A DNA stretch of 62,776 bases, the filler included, from Chiloscyllium plagiosum (Eukaryota): assembly GCF_004010195.1 (NCBI RefSeq). It is 4 parts of one record of this genome, joined end to end, with 100 filler letters (N's around TTAATTAATTAA, not from the genome) between each part and the next. Parts side by side here need not be neighbours in the genome. Positions count along the whole stretch, not along the records: positions 1 to 28,167 come from NC_057716.1; 3 more parts are not named here. One strand, given 5' to 3'. Below the pieces are notes generated by a model. It was not told the DNA's origin. It saw only the letters and a program-made list of their open reading frames with translations, and did not search any database. Position 1 is the first letter of the stretch; every line of letters starts with the position of its first letter. Position numbers and translations under genes: made by a program. Of the stretch, positions 1 through 12,528 are shown one piece after another.

Positions 1-292
1 TGCAATCTTCTTCCTGATCTCTCCGCCCCCACCCCCACTCAGCCTATCAACCTCACCTTATCACCCTCAGCTTAACCTCCTTCCACCTATCGCATTTCCA
101 ACGCCCCTCCCCCAAGTCCCTCCTTCCTACCTTTTATCTTAGCCTGCTTGGCACACTTTCCTCATTCCTGAAGAAGGGCTCATGCCCGAAACGTCGATTC
201 TCCTGCTCCTTGGATGCTGCCTGACCTGCTGCGCATTTCCAGCAACACATTTTCAGCTCTGATCTCCAGCATCTGCAGTCCTCACTTTCTCC
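1..292 (+). mobile_element. Penelope-like element terminal repeat (type A) with hammerhead motif at 168-195
   Basis: Same sequence as 61055-61276; contains CTGAAGA-a-GGGC-tcat-GCCC-GAAACGTC. Confidence 0.8.
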
Positions 293-1178
293 TAGATAGA
301 GGGACAGGCAGTATTGAGTAGGCAGAGATGTTGCAGAAGGACTTAGGTTAGGAGGGGGGGCAAAAAAGTGGCAGTTGGAATACAACATGGGAAAGAGTGA
401 GGATATACACTTTGGTGGGAAGAATAGAAGCATAGACATTTCCAAATAGGGAGAAAATTCAGAAATCTGAAGTGCAAAGTAACTTGGGAGTCCTAGTTAA
501 GGACTCTCTTAAGGGAAACTTGCAGGTTGTGTCAGTAGTTGGGAAGGCATATACAATATGAGCATTTGTTTTGAGAAGACTAGAATATACAAGCAGGGAT
601 GTAGTCTGAGGTGTAATAAGGCTCTGGTCAGACCACATTAAGAGTTTTGTGAGCAATTTTGGGTCCTATACCTCAGGAAGGATGTATTGGCCCTGCAGTG
701 GGTCCAAAGAACATTCACGAGAATGATCCCAGGAATAAAATGCTTAACATATGAGGAACATTTGAGGACTTTGATACTCGATGGAATTTAGAAGGATGGG
801 CAGGGATCGAATTCAATCTTACAGAATACTGAATGGTCAGGACAGTGATGTTGTAAAGACATTTCTATTAGCAGGAGAGTCTAGGACCTGAGGGCACAGC
901 TTTAGAATAAAGGGAAGACACTTCAGAACAAAAATTAGGAAAAATTTCTTCAGCAAGAGTGGTGAATCTTTGAAACTCCTTGCCACAGAAGGCTGTGGAG
1001 GCCAGGTCACTGAGTATATTTAAGACAAAAATAGATAGGGTCTTGATTGTCAAGGGGATCTAAGGTTACAAGGGGAAAGCAGGACAATGGGGTGGAGAAA
1101 CTTATCAGCCATGATCGAATGGCGGAGCAGACTCAATGGACCGAATGGGCCAATTTCTGCTCCAATGTCTTATAGTCT
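293..1178 (+). mobile_element. CR1 LINE 3' fragment
   Basis: Degenerate RT C-terminal sequence and 3'UTR homologous to the copy at 44630-45140. Confidence 0.85.
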
Positions 1179-1529
1179 TGCGATGAATGAGGAGCACCAA
1201 GTGACTCTGAGTGAATGTTCATATTAGAGTGATCATATCATAAGGTTTAGATTAGCATTGGAGAAGAGTGAGGAACAATCCAATTTGAACTAGGGCTAAT
1301 TTCAGTGCAACAGAAAGGGATCTAACCTCGGTGAAATGCAACCAAACAATCTCAGCAAATGTTTTAACAGAACAATGGGTGATCATTAAGAAGACGTTTC
1401 AGGTTCAGGATAGGTACATTCAAATAGGTTGAAAAAGAAAGTGAACGAAAGTCAGGGCTTCTTAGATGATGAAAGGTTTGATGGAAATAAATATGCAAAT
1501 AAAGCCTTCATGCAAGAATCTCAGGGGAA

Positions 1530-3856
1530 CGTAGCACGAACAGCCAAGTTTCTGGTATTGAGACTGGCTCTAATGCAATGAGGAGTACGTCGGCTTTCAA
1601 GAGATCAACTGTGTTAGGGGAGGTGCAGAGAGACGTTTCAGTGGCCAGCAGCGAAAAATCAGAATGGTGTGTTGCTTCCCTGGTACCAGGATCAAGGATG
1701 TCTCAGAGAGGGTGCAGAATGTTCTCAAGGGGGAGACGGGCCAGCAAGAGGTCATTGTCCACATCGGAACCAACGACATATGAAGAGAAAAGGTTGAGAT
1801 TCTGAAGGGAGGTTACAGAGAGTTAGGCAGGAATTTAAAAAGGAGGTCCTCGAGAGTAGTAATATCTGGATTACTCCCCGTGCCATGAGCTAGTGAGGGC
1901 AGGAATAGGAGGATAGAGTAGATGAATGCATGGCTGAGGAGCTGGTGTATGGGAGAAGGATTCACATTTTTGGATCACTGGAATCTCTTTAGGAGTAGAA
2001 GTGACCTGTACAAGAAGGACAGATTGCACCTAAATTGGAAGGGGATTAATATACTGGCAGGGAGATTGGCTAGAGCTGCTCGGGAGGATTTAAACTAGTA
2101 AGATGGGGACCCAGGGAGTCAAACAGTCAGGGCAGGCAGGGACAAGGTAGGACTAATAAATTAAACTGCATTTATTTAAATGCAAGGGAAGGCAGATGAA
2201 CTCAGGACATGGTTAGGAATATGGGACTGGGATATCATAGCAATTACAGGAACATGGCTCAGGGATGGGCAGGACTAGCAGCTTAATCTTCCAGGATACA
2301 AATGCTACAGGAAGGATAGAAAGGGAGGCAAGAGAGAAGGGGAGATGGCGTTTTTGATAAGGGATAGCATTACAGCTGTACTGAAGGAGGATACTCCCAG
2401 AAATACATCCAGGCAAGTTATTTGGGTGGAACTGAGAAATAAGAAAGGGATAATCACCTTATTTGGATTGTATTATAGAGGCCCTAATAGTGTGCAGGAA
2501 ATTGAGAAACAAATTTGTAAGAAGATTGCAGTTATCTGTAAGAATAATAAGGTGGTTATGGTAGGGGATTTTAATTTTCCAAACATAGACATAAATGTTA
2601 AGGGTTTGGATGGAGAGGAATTTGTTAAGTGTGTACAAGAAATTTTTCTGATTCAGTATGTGGATGTACCTACCAGAAAAGGTGCAAAACTTGACCTACA
2701 CTTGGAAAATAAGGCAGGATAGGTGACTGAGGTGTCAGTGGGGGAGCACTTTGGGGGCCAGCGACCATAATTCTATTAGATTTAAAATAATGATGGAAAA
2801 CGATAGACCAGATTCAGAAGTTGAAGTTCTAAATTGGAGGAAGGCTAATTTTGACAAGATTAGGCAAGAACTTTCAAAAGCTGATTGGGGGCAAATGTTC
2901 GCAGGTAAAGGGACTGTTGGAAAATGGGAAGCCTTCAGAAATGAGATAACGAGAATCCAGAGAAAGTATATTCCTGTTCGGGTGAAAGGAAAGGCGAAGA
3001 AATTACCTCAGATTACAACAGGATCTTGATCAGATGGATTAATGGGCTAAGAAGTGGCAGATGGAGTTTAATTCAGATAAATGCAAGGTGCTACATTTTG
3101 GGAAAGCAAATCTTAGCAGGACTTATACACTTAATGGTAAGGTCCGAGGGAGTGTTGCTGAAGAAAGAGACCTTGGAGTGCAGGTTCATAGCTCCTTGAA
3201 AGTGGAATCGCAGGTAGATAGGATAGTGGAGAAGGTATTTGGTATGCTTTCCTTTATTGGTTGGGAGGTCATGTTGCAGCTATACAGGACGTTGGTTAGA
3301 CCACTATTGGAATATTGCATGCAGTTCTGGTCTCCTTCGTATTAGAAAGATGTTGTGAAACTTGAAAGGGTTCAGAAAAGATTTACAAGGATGTTTCCAG
3401 GGTTGGAGCATTTGAGCTAGAGGGAGAGGCTGAACAGGCTGGGATTTTTTTCCCCTGGAGTGTTAGAGGCTGAGGGGTGACCTTATAGAGGTTTACCAAA
3501 ATTATGAGGGGCATGCTTAGGATAAATAGACAAAATCTTTTCCCTGGGGTCAGGGAGTCCAGAACTAGAGGGCATAGGTTTAAGGTGAGAGGGGAATGAT
3601 ATAAGAGAGACCTAAGGGGCAACTTTTTCATGCAGAGGGTGGTACGTGTATAGAATGAGCTGCCATTAGAACTGGTGGAGGCTGGGACAATTGCAACATT
3701 TAAGAGGCATTGAATAGGTATTTGAATAGGAAGGGTTTGGAGGGATGTGGGCTGGGCGCTGGCAGGTGGGACTAAATTGGATTGGGATATCTGGTCGGCA
3801 TGGACACATTGGACCGAAGGGTCTGTTTCCGTGCTGTACATCTCTATGACTCTATA
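1530..3856 (+). mobile_element. CR1 LINE: ORF1 SGNH/esterase-like region, APE endonuclease, internal deletion, ORF2 C-terminus and tail
   Basis: VIVHIGTND-like ORF1 motif ~1750; GDFNFP and SDHN endonuclease motifs; MEFNSDKCKVLHFG and YRTLVRPLLEYC; ctctatga tail. Confidence 0.9.
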
Positions 3857-4699
3857 ATCAAGTGCAAAGGATTGAGATATATAGTGAAGAAGAAAATATG
3901 ACTGGTAAAAAGAGAATTAGAATAGAATGGCAGCTAATGTGAAAGGGAGCTCCAAATTATTTTGGGGGAAGGAAGCAATAAGAGGTCAGAAAGAGCCTAC
4001 TAGGGTTTTAAGAGGATGATATATGATTGGCAGCATAGCGTGACGTTGTAAAATTTGAGAAATTTGTATCAGCGTATACTAAGGAAAAAGATATTGACAG
4101 CAAAGTTCCCAGCAAAAATTTTCAATAAAAAGTGTTTATCTGCATTCTATTTCTTCTATGGAAGTCTGTGCACTAAGACTTCAGCAGTCAGTTTGTTTCC
4201 TCCGTACCAACACATATCGTGGTGAATCTGGTAATGTTGCGGAGCTGTGCCAAAAGAGAAAATTGGGACTATATTAGTTTTCACACATCACAATCCAACT
4301 CAATCCTACACAAACCCATGTCTAAATTGTCGTTGGATCCTCTGAAAATGTTATAAAAGAAATTTACAATGACTTTCCTCTTGAAATGATAAAGAAAAAC
4401 TTGCTGCCCCACTCTCAGAACATTAGAATTAACCAACCAGGGAGCAATCATTAGTTCAAGAGAATCTTTGGCTCAGTTCAATGAGAAAGTAATTAACAAT
4501 TTCAAGAACTGAGTATTGCATTCCACAGACAGCAGCCTCAGGTCTGGTAGCTTGCTATTCTTGCGCTCTCAGACTATTATAAACCGTGCCGTTTTCTGGC
4601 AACCGCAGGCAAGCCGTCTGTCAACGTTAGTTCTCCCATGAAATGGGATCCTCTGCACTCTCACTAAAATTATTCACATTAGACATGTATTGAAATCCG

Positions 4700-4832
4700 G
4701 TCCGGTCCTCATGACGGGATTATGCCCGAAACGTCGATTCTCCTGCTCCTCGGATGCTGCCTGACCTGCTGTACTTTTCCAGCACCACACTCTCCACTCT
4801 GATCTCCAGCATCTGCAGACCTCACTTTCTAC
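4700..4832 (+). mobile_element. PLE terminal-repeat fragment (type A) with degenerate hammerhead
   Basis: cccgaaacgtcgattctcctgctcctcggatgctgcctgacctgc is shared with 1-292. Confidence 0.8.
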
Positions 4833-6329
4833 CGGTTATCCTGATATCAGCTTAAGAAATACAATCTTATTGAAGATAACAATGGACATGATAGACTGGC
4901 AGATTATTGTTAAATAAATTAGAGTTGCGAAACATTTGAAATTTCAATGAATTGGTATCTATTGAGATACACTGCAATATCTTTACAACTTTAGGGATTG
5001 TAATGTAGTCCAACAATTACACTGCTCCTTCAAAATGTAGGTAAAGTGCTAAAGGCCTACAAGTTACCAATGCATAAATATTGCTAGACATTGATACTCA
5101 TGTACTGGTATTTAAAACAGCTTTGAACTGATAACCTCGATTTGATAAGTGATTAAAATTTCATTCCAGGTTTGCAGAGTGTAATGATGGGCGATACAAG
5201 TAGCTCCCTTAGTTGGGCGAGCGCAATTGGTTTAACCGGAATACCAATTCCATCAAAAATGCTTTTGTAATTATCAATAATATTTTCAAACTATAGTTAG
5301 CAATACACACACTACTGTTTGCAATAGCAAAGGTCGCAGTATTGTCTGTAGTTGATGAAATGTAATTAAAATGCGAGACGATTCGCTATCAAAATTTATT
5401 ATTCCATTGAATGTAAGGACTAATGTATTAAAATTGAATTACAATCTCCACTTCAGTGTTGTCTATGTACCATATTGTTTAAAATACTGAAAGAGTATTT
5501 TTCTATATTAATTTACTCCTCCCCAATGCCCAACACTCGTGAGTTCCAGCGTCTCAATTTCTTATGTTTAATTTTCCGATATCAGTTTGTTCCCGTTTCA
5601 ATGCATCAACGATGGTTTACATTCTGTGTAAAGCGACAAATCTGTTAGAATTTCCCGAACTTCCCAATTTCCTCAATTAAAATTTATATACTTAAATATT
5701 TTCTCATTTGTTTTCTGCCAGTGAATTCCATAGTCTTTGCTTCAGTGTCTCGCCGCGAGATAATTGTAATAGTTGTGCAGCGAAACATGTAAATATAGCA
5801 TTTGTGTAATGGAATTGTTCATTTGCAAATTCAAAGTTTGCATCATGGACCTATCCGATTCTATTTCTTGAAATCTGAGTGGTGTGGCAATTTACTCCTT
5901 ATCTGATTATTATTTTCCTGTTAATTTCAATTTGAAAAAGTCAACATGAAATAATAATTATATTCCTCAGTAAAACAAACATAGACTGGCAATACCATGT
6001 TGCGAAGTCTTTGTATAAATTTGGGATAATAACAGGTGTCACGACTGGAACTTTCGCTATCCATCTTGTCTTGGTTTATTCCTTTGTCACATGGTCATTA
6101 ATCCTGCCTTTTCATGCCTCTTCAATCATGTAGGTGTGTGGGATGGAGTGTTGTTAATGGCGGGAGGAAGGGGGATTGTAATAGTCTGTATGTAGTCATA
6201 CAGCCTGCTTTTCGTTTGCTGCCGATTTGGGAAACATTTTCTTATGTCTGCTACAACGTATTACACCATGTCTTGCGCAAATCGTCGAATGAAATTGTAT
6301 TTCTCATCTAACTCATCTTGGTAACAGTT

Positions 6330-8585
6330 TCTATTGCGGCCTTCTATACCAGTGTGCCACATGCCTCCCATTATAACTGAGTTCGAAATCCACTGTTAGA
6401 CAGCCCCTCCCGCTACTAGCCATTGCCGCCTTTCTCATTTCTTCCCAATGTCACCCTCTCACTCTGCTATTCGCGCTCGATTCTTCGTCACTTCATTGCA
6501 ATTGAAATTCTGACGAAATTATTCTTACCACTCTAATTTTTCCTTCGTGTCTAAGCCCGCCCCTTCTTTCACGCTGTTTAAAACATAACGCCCTGCTTTA
6601 AAAAGTCGTAATTTGCCGTCAACAAGTTCACAACTCAGAATGTGTCCTTACATTTTTTTGTCCTTAAGCTGAAAGTGGAAAGAAGTCGAATAAAGAGACT
6701 CCAGCAGACCTGGACTGTAGGTGTCTTTTCATGAGGCACCTCACTATCGGTTTGACGAGCTGCGACGCCCTCTGCTGCTCAGTCTTGCTCACTGTTTACT
6801 ACAGTTCCCGAAAACAATGGTCACAAAGCAATTGCAAACCAACCTACAATGTCCGGCATTTAATTTTTAATGACACCTCAAATGGACATGGACATGGGTG
6901 GGGGGGAATGTAAAAAAGACTTACTTTATTTTTAACTCTAACTGGTTATGTGTGAAATGGAGTGGATGTACGTTGATCGAGAGCTTCCTTAAGAAGTAAG
7001 ATTCGCGCCTCCAACAAAGAATCGATTTAACAGAATCATAGTTTGAAATCTGTGTTGTAAAGTCTGCCATTTAGGTTCCTTTCGTGTCAGAAATTCTGGA
7101 ATCCGCAGCTAAAAAGTAAATCTATTGTTAGATACTCCAACCTTGCTGAGTTGCACCTGCTCTCCATGATCAGAATTCAGAAACAAGGACTGAAACCCTG
7201 AAGGCACCAAGCGGTACCTGCTGAAAAGTCACGTCACTCCAGAAGAACGGTAGCGGGCGGTAGGTTTCTGCAGACAAAGCAACCTGGTCAATCTTGTCAT
7301 GAGACATTTTGGAGTAGAGGAGGTGATGTGTGAGTCATTCGCGCGTCGTGTCAGAGAAACGGACGATTCACACTTTTAAAACAGCAAATCAAACGTACTT
7401 CTGAAAAAAAAAGGTCATGCTGAACGGAATTTTTGTACTCTATTTATATTCAGACGTCGTTTCCCTTGGAGTATTAAAAGCGCCCTTCATGCTGACAAAA
7501 ACTTGCATGTAAGGATCTAATTTAGTTGTCGGGAGTCAGATGGTCGAGTCTGCTACCTGGGCGTCTACACAAGACGGTAAGGTCCTCGTCATCGTTCACC
7601 TGAAACATACCATTTTATTAGAGATTACCTTCTTCTGTACCAGTCATTTTGATCATGTTCACTGCCAACTTTCCCGTGCCCCTGTGCATTCATGGAATTA
7701 TAGTTTTAGAAGTTTAAAATCCCAGCGGGTAAGTGAAACCGGTCTTAGAAAAAAAAATGGAAACGTCCGACAGCATTGAACTTGAATGTGAAGCACATTG
7801 TGTCCCGATGCCATCGAGTGGTCCAAACATTGTCAGTGTGAATTACATCTTAAGTAATCACTGTATGGAAGCTCGCTTGTACTAAGAATTTTGCTCTATT
7901 TCTGGATGGATTGTTGCAATTTTAATTATATATAATTGTGTTATCAAAGGGGATTTGTGCTTTGCGTCATATCAGTTCTTTTCATTTAATGATTTCCAAC
8001 CCAAAGGCTCTCACTGACTAGTACACTCCTTATTTTGTAGTTTGGTCAAATCGTTTTGGACAATATAAGAATCACACTCAGTGTAACAATGCTGTCTGGT
8101 CCCGGGCACTGCGGCTGGTTAATTCATCAATATTTTTTGCATAAACTGATAAAAATTGACAATGACCATTACTCCATTGTTGACTGACAATTGTTGTAAT
8201 CTATGTGGGGGAGATGGCACTGCCCTACTGAAACGCTTACCGTTCAAATGCATATTGTAGGTTGCCTAGCGGTGAAGCAAAGGCAACAGAAATTATTCCA
8301 GTCGTTGCAGTTCATGTGATCTTTGGTCTGCGTTAGAACTGGTAAACAGGTTGTTTGATATCTTTCCACCTTTACCCATTGCTGTTTGCGATTACGCGAG
8401 ACATGCCGGTGCCAGCGCGATCCACCTTCCATCAGAGCACGACAGCGCCCTGAATGCTAATAAAGTGAAATGTTTGAAAACGCACGGCCGTCCTCAAAGC
8501 CCACTGTTCTCACACACGCAAGCACACAGACGCGCGGGCTTAAAGCATAACTAACAAGGCTGTCTTGTTATTCTTTTCCTTACAG
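6330..8585 (+). promoter_or_regulatory. GAD1: Probable GAD1 promoter / non-coding first-exon region
   Basis: CpG-rich unique DNA upstream of the ATG exon. GC box GCCCGCCCC 6555-6563, CRE-like TCACGTCA ~7229, AP-1 TGAGTCA 7331-7337, splice donors at 7577 and 7729. TSS cannot be determined from sequence. Confidence 0.6.
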
Positions 8586-8671
8586 AAGCCAGTGTCCTTA
8601 CGTTGAAAAGACAGGATTCGAAGGAAGACGTCAGCCCCAGTTAATCGAGGACCTCGCGTCTGTCAGAACCG

Positions 8672-8753
8672 ATGGCATCTTCTGCTCCTTCATCTTCGAG
8701 CGCGAGTCAAGACTCCAACTCAACAAATTTACGGCCGGCGGACAGAAGCACAA
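8672..8753 (+). CDS. GAD1: GAD67 first coding exon (MASSAPSSSSASQDSNSTNLRPADRST); exon starts at 8586 with 5'UTR
   Basis: ATG at 8672; resembles the GAD67 N-terminus (MASS..NxTNLRP). Acceptor ttttccttacAG ends at 8585 with a CTAAC branch-like motif at 8551; donor GTAAGC at 8754; 82 coding nt. Confidence 0.93.
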
Positions 8754-11672
8754 GTAAGCGATTGCCGCCTCATTTTTTAGACAACAAACGACGATGACTG
8801 TACAAGCTAATGGTTATTCTGCGGACAGAAAGTACTCCAAGGAAAATAATAGATGAATTAAAGTGCACGCTAACTACTGCTAAGCGGTGTTAAATCACCA
8901 GTGCCGTTACCTAGTTAAAACGTATCACAATGGGGTCCTTTAGCGTGCCAGACCTGTTAAAGTGCTGATAGTTTACTCAATTGTATTTTTTTCTTTGTTT
9001 ACAACAGCTGGAAGCTGCAATTCTTTTCACACCCGTGGAAATAAGCCTACAGCTGTATGTAAAATAAGTCTTTTAAGCAATAATTTCATCGCGGTTTAGC
9101 AATTTATGAAATGCACTTCGCTCATTATCGCAACAAACACTTTTAGTGCAGAGGCTGAGTGCACATGTAATTATAGGAGAAAGCGAAGGCGCCTGATGCC
9201 GCTAATTGTAGCTCTTATGAACTCGCTAATAGCTGCGACGGTACAGAGCGAACCAAAGAGAGCTATTTAACTGGCACGGATGAGAATGGCGCTGATGGAT
9301 CTAATCAGCTTACTACACTGCCTCAACAATTTTGACATCAGGTACAAAAAAAATAGTCGAAGACATAATCGACACTGACAAAGAAAAACTTATCAGAAAT
9401 AAAGACGGGCATTCCGATCATTACACGTGTAATGTCTCTGCCCTCAAGGCGTTCAGACGCTTCCAGGCGCAATTATTCTTTCCATCTGCCAAGACGGACA
9501 GGCTAACCGAGAATGCGTTTTTATTTCTGACAGTCCATTTTCAAACTTTAGAATCATGAAATTGATACTGCCCCACTTTGATTACTTCAATGTCTTAATG
9601 CTTTCTTACACATACATGTATATGTTGATGTGTGTATATTACGCATATAACATATACATGCATTAAAATGATGTAGTCGTGAAATTCACACGTTCGTGCT
9701 TGTCCTTGGGAAAACGATTGTGTAGGAATAACTCCGGCACACGGTTTATGATTTAGCCCAATTTAATTCGACTTGGCAAAGCCAGATTTGAAAGGGAATG
9801 TACAATGTAAAGCATATAAATGTGTTTTACAACTCAATTAATAGGGAAGTAAGTTAATAAATGCTCATTTTGATGTAGCAAATTTAATAGTCAGTAAATA
9901 TGAGCGTACACGGCGTGTATTTTTGTGCTTTCGCCTGTAATTGTGTTTCATATTTGTCCGAGCCCTACATCATTAGTTCATGGCGTGTTTGATCTCCTAG
10001 TCACTGACCTGAGGCGCATTTGTCTGTCAGTTTTTTTTTTGCGCGTAAGTGTCATAAAGAGGCTTTACCCAGACTCAAAAATCGACAAAAAGGACAGAGA
10101 TTGGGTATGCAGCTGTCCTTACCTCGCTAAAAAAGAAACAATGACGGAAAATCAGCTGCACAGCTTCGACTTTTGCATTGCCCAGAATATCAAAAATAAC
10201 ATTTTTTCGTAACTAATCCCAGATTTGGAACATGAATCGTAATGATTAGTCAACATAGATAAAGGGATAACCTTCTCTCGAGGATATACTCACGACGTCT
10301 AAGGGTGTAACCAACTGAAATTTGTAATTAGCATTTTTCTTTGGATAATACGATCTAAATATACCTTCCACCAAATTAAATCCTTATTTTCAAAGATTCT
10401 TCCCATTCCAATCTCTAAAAAGTTGACAAGTACCTTAACATACTGTAAATTTCTCCAAGAATGATTTCTATAATATATCTACCTCACGTGCCTTGGAATT
10501 TTAACATTTCAAACATTTAAAAAATTCTCATTTTTTTGAATAGGAGGCTATTGCACAGGCTTTATGACGCTATTAGTGTTTATTCGAACCACAAACCGGG
10601 CTGTAGATCTGTCAGACCAGGCAGAGACGTCCAAATTGCTGTTTCATTCAACCGTTAAGATTAAGCAAAACATATACCCTTGTACTGCACTTTCGATATT
10701 ATTAATTAACATAAACGATACGAACGTGTGCTTACTGTAGGCAAACCACATGGACGACATTTTGTGTAGGAATTGAAGTGCCTCGTGTTTATAAAGGTCG
10801 TCACTCAATATATTTCATTCTCGAGTGTATAATGGACACAATGATCCCTGTAATTCACGACGCAGAACTGATCAGAAGCCTAATTGCCGTATGAATTGGT
10901 TAGATTACGAAATAAACAGTTGCAGAAATCATTAATATGCAAAAATGAGTGCAATCCTGCTTTAATATATAAATATGGATGGATATTTGTAAAAACGATT
11001 GATGTGAAATGCTGAGACTCGTGTAAACCAGTACAATATTTACTGGTTGACTTCCAGCCAAGCAGATCCGAGCTTAGTCAAATACCATTTTTCAGCTAAT
11101 TAATTTCTGGGACACTCTTCCGACCTCATTTCACGCCAGTTTGTTTTAAGCTTCCAATTTCCCAAAAGTGTGCCAACATTTATTAGGTATTCAATCTTCG
11201 GACGAACTGATTATTCTATTTGGAATTTAAAGAAGCATTCAAAAAGGAGAATAAACAGAATACCAGAGAATACTTGCACTGTATTAATACTAGAGCCACC
11301 GTCATTAATTATTCAAGTGTGTCAATCCCTGGCTGCAATAGTGCAGGAATTTCTGACTGCTTCATGTGGAGTTTGGATTTTCATCTATTAGAAAACATTA
11401 TCAGGTCTCCCGCGTAATATTAATTACTGCATTTCAGGAAGATGTTGCGTTTCGGAGGACACCTCGGATACTATGCAAATACACTGTTCAAATTTCCTTT
11501 CCTTGGGTTTTAGAAGTTTTATGAGCGCGATTTATTATTTTATGTGTATAGTTATCTGAATAGAAGTGTAATGCAGTCACGGAACGTACTTAAATGGTTA
11601 GATATAGAGACTCTACAAGAGGATACACTCTGTGGGTGTGTGTTCACCGTTTTTTCATTGTTCCCGTTCCAG

Positions 11673-11735
11673 CTTATGACACTTGGTGTGGAGTTGCTCA
11701 CGGATGTACAAGAAAACTTGGTCTGAAGATCTGCG
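11673..11735 (+). CDS. GAD1: GAD67 coding exon 2 ([21 protein letters not shown])
   Basis: Matches GAD67 [21 protein letters not shown]; ttccAG acceptor and GTATGT donor; 63 nt, in frame with both neighbours. Confidence 0.97.
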
Positions 11736-12397
11736 GTATGTTCTTCCATATTTTAGATTAAAATGTACCGGTCTATAAAACGTAATTGATTAATCTAGAA
11801 ATCTATCGGGACAAGCCGATACACGTGCAAAGCAACCTGATTCCGCCCAGCATGGGTCAATCCCCTAACTTGCTTCAATGGTCATCTTTAATGTTACACC
11901 AATGTCTTTATTATAAAAATAATTCATTATAAAATCAGCGGATCGCCAATGTTTCTCACTTTTTAAAAGTATATAATACAATGGCATAACTGGTGAATTC
12001 TTTAAGATGTATTATAGATAGAATACGCGATGAGGAATATCTAATGCAGCAACTAACTTGTCCTAACTTTGCTCTAGTTTTCAATATTATATACGTATCG
12101 TATAAGGAAGCCACCAACACGAAATGACATGGAGAGCTGATAATTATTTTACATGCATGTATTGGTGGGCAACGGCGTTGTTTACGGTAGATTAGAATGG
12201 AAATGCTAAAATAACTTTTTGAGCAAATGTCATTGGAAACAGAGGCAGTTCTTTACACGGCTGATTCAATGCAACAATTTATTTCGCGCTTTTCACACTC
12301 TGTGGGCGTTCCAAAAGGCATGGCAACCGATGGGGTTTTTTAGTGACTTAACTGTAAATATACTCATTTGTGGCTTATAGACAAATACCTCAAGAGT

Positions 12398-12528
12398 TAG
12401 TCCTGATGAAGGGCTTTTGACCGAAATGTCGATTTTCCTGCTCCTCAGATGCTGTCTGACCTGCTGTGCTTTTCCAGCTCCACTCTAACCTAGACCCTAA
12501 TTTCCACTGCAGTCCTCACTTTTGTTTT
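12398..12528 (+). mobile_element. PLE terminal-repeat fragment (type A) with hammerhead-like core at 12403-12430
   Basis: CTGATGA-agggcttttgacc-GAAATGTC followed by the type A tail. Confidence 0.8.
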
